Source: Podarcis erhardii (taxonomy: Eukaryota). From it: 64,000 nucleotides of DNA. Position numbers and translations under genes: made by a program. The stretch lies in the NCBI GenBank assembly GCA_964252035.1, contig OZ176215.1. One strand, given 5' to 3'. Position 1 is the first letter of the stretch; each line of letters starts with the position of its first letter. This document shows positions 63,112 to 64,000 of the stretch, piece by piece. The notes under the pieces are model-generated. The model saw nothing but the letters and a program-made list of their open reading frames with translations, was not told where the DNA came from and did no database searches.

Positions 63112-63190
63112 TTATTATTTATACCCTGCCCATCTGGCTGAGTTTCCCCAGCCACTCTGGGCGGCTCCCAATCGAGTGTTAAAAACAATA

Positions 63191-63396
63191 CAGTGCTACC
63201 TTGGGTTACAGGCGCTTCAGGTTACAGACTCCGCTAACCCAGAAATAGTTCCTCGGGTTAAGAACTTTGCTTCAGGATGAGAACAGAAATCGCATGATGG
63301 CGGTGCGGCAGCAGCGGGAGGCCTCAGGTTAAGAACAGTTTCAGGTTAAGAACGGACCTCCAGAACGAATTAAGTTCTTAACCAGAGGTACCACTG
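63191..63396. mobile_element. Tc1/mariner-type MITE (same family as 21433, opposite orientation), nested in an L2 tail
   Basis: ta|cagtgctacc ... agaggtaccactg|ta; body is the reverse complement of 21433-21674. Confidence 0.9.
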
Positions 63397-63771
63397 TACA
63401 GCGTTAAATATTAAAAACTTCCCCAAACAGGGCTGCCTTCAGATGTCTTTTAAAGATAAGATAGCTGCTTATTTCCTTCAGATCTGAAGGGAGGGCGTTC
63501 CACAGGGCGGGTGCCACTACCGAGAAGGCCCTGTTTGCTTCCCTGTAACCTCTTCCTAGTGGCAAGTGCACTCAGAGCAGAGTAGGGATAAAAGGAGCCA
63601 CATTTGAACACCTGACCCCATCCATTTGCCTTCAGGGGCTTGGGAGCACCCGTCTCTCATGGGAACAAAACAGAGAGCATTCCTTAAGGATGGGGCCAAG
63701 CCTCCTAAAGCACTCTGTGACACCTCAAAAGATCTCTTGCTCTGTTCCAGGGAACCTTTTGAGGGTTTTTC

Positions 63772-64000
63772 CATAGGATCATAGAGTTGGAAGGGACTCA
63801 AGGGTCATCTAGTCCAACCCTTTGCAATGCAGGAATCTCAGCTAAAGTATACATGGCAGACAGCCATCCAACCTCTGCTTAAAAACCTCTAAGGAAGGAG
63901 AGCCCACAACCTCCTGAGGGAGACTGTTCCACTGTCAAACAGCTCTTACTGTCAGAAAGTTTTTCCGTATGTCTAGTCGGAATCTCATTTCCTGCAACTT
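63772..64000 (-). mobile_element. CR1 LINE 3' end, runs off the window
   Basis: cataggatcatagagttggaagggac...ccactgtcaaacagctcttactgtcagaaag. Confidence 0.9.

Larger units (their letters stand above)
63047..63550 (-). mobile_element. L2 LINE 3' end with expanded (ATA)n tail, interrupted by a MITE
   Basis: Same family as 57805-58143; MITE inserted at a TA site at 63191-63396. Confidence 0.88.

Noticed and set aside
54000-64000. ADORA2A coding exon
   Set aside because: No GPCR-like sequence was found in any frame, so no gene symbol was assigned to the promoter.

Overview
Vertebrate genomic DNA, almost certainly from a lacertid-type lizard: it carries many Sauria/Squam1 SINE copies plus CR1, L2, hAT and Tc1/mariner MITEs. 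The window holds the complete coding region of SPECC1L (cytospin-A) on the + strand. I traced 15 coding exons by hand from ATG 5572 to TGA 44803-44805; all have GT-AG junctions, the reading phases are consistent, and the product is 1118 aa (coiled coils plus a C-terminal calponin-homology domain). A ~2.7 kb 3'UTR follows. A CpG island at ~53.4-54.5 kb contains a strong + strand splice donor and is probably the promoter/first non-coding exon of the next gene (ADORA2A by synteny; no ADORA2A coding sequence is visible). Most ORFs in the supplied track are spurious or repeat-derived. I found no evidence of a new multi-gene system. The most interesting leads are regulatory or RNA-structural: an intronic CpG-rich promoter-like block upstream of the CH-domain exons, UG-tract cryptic exon candidates, inverted SINE pairs flanking exon blocks, and a hairpin-rich Tc2-like MITE next to a perfect palindrome. 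Exon boundaries and TSD coordinates were counted directly; old repeat boundaries are approximate.
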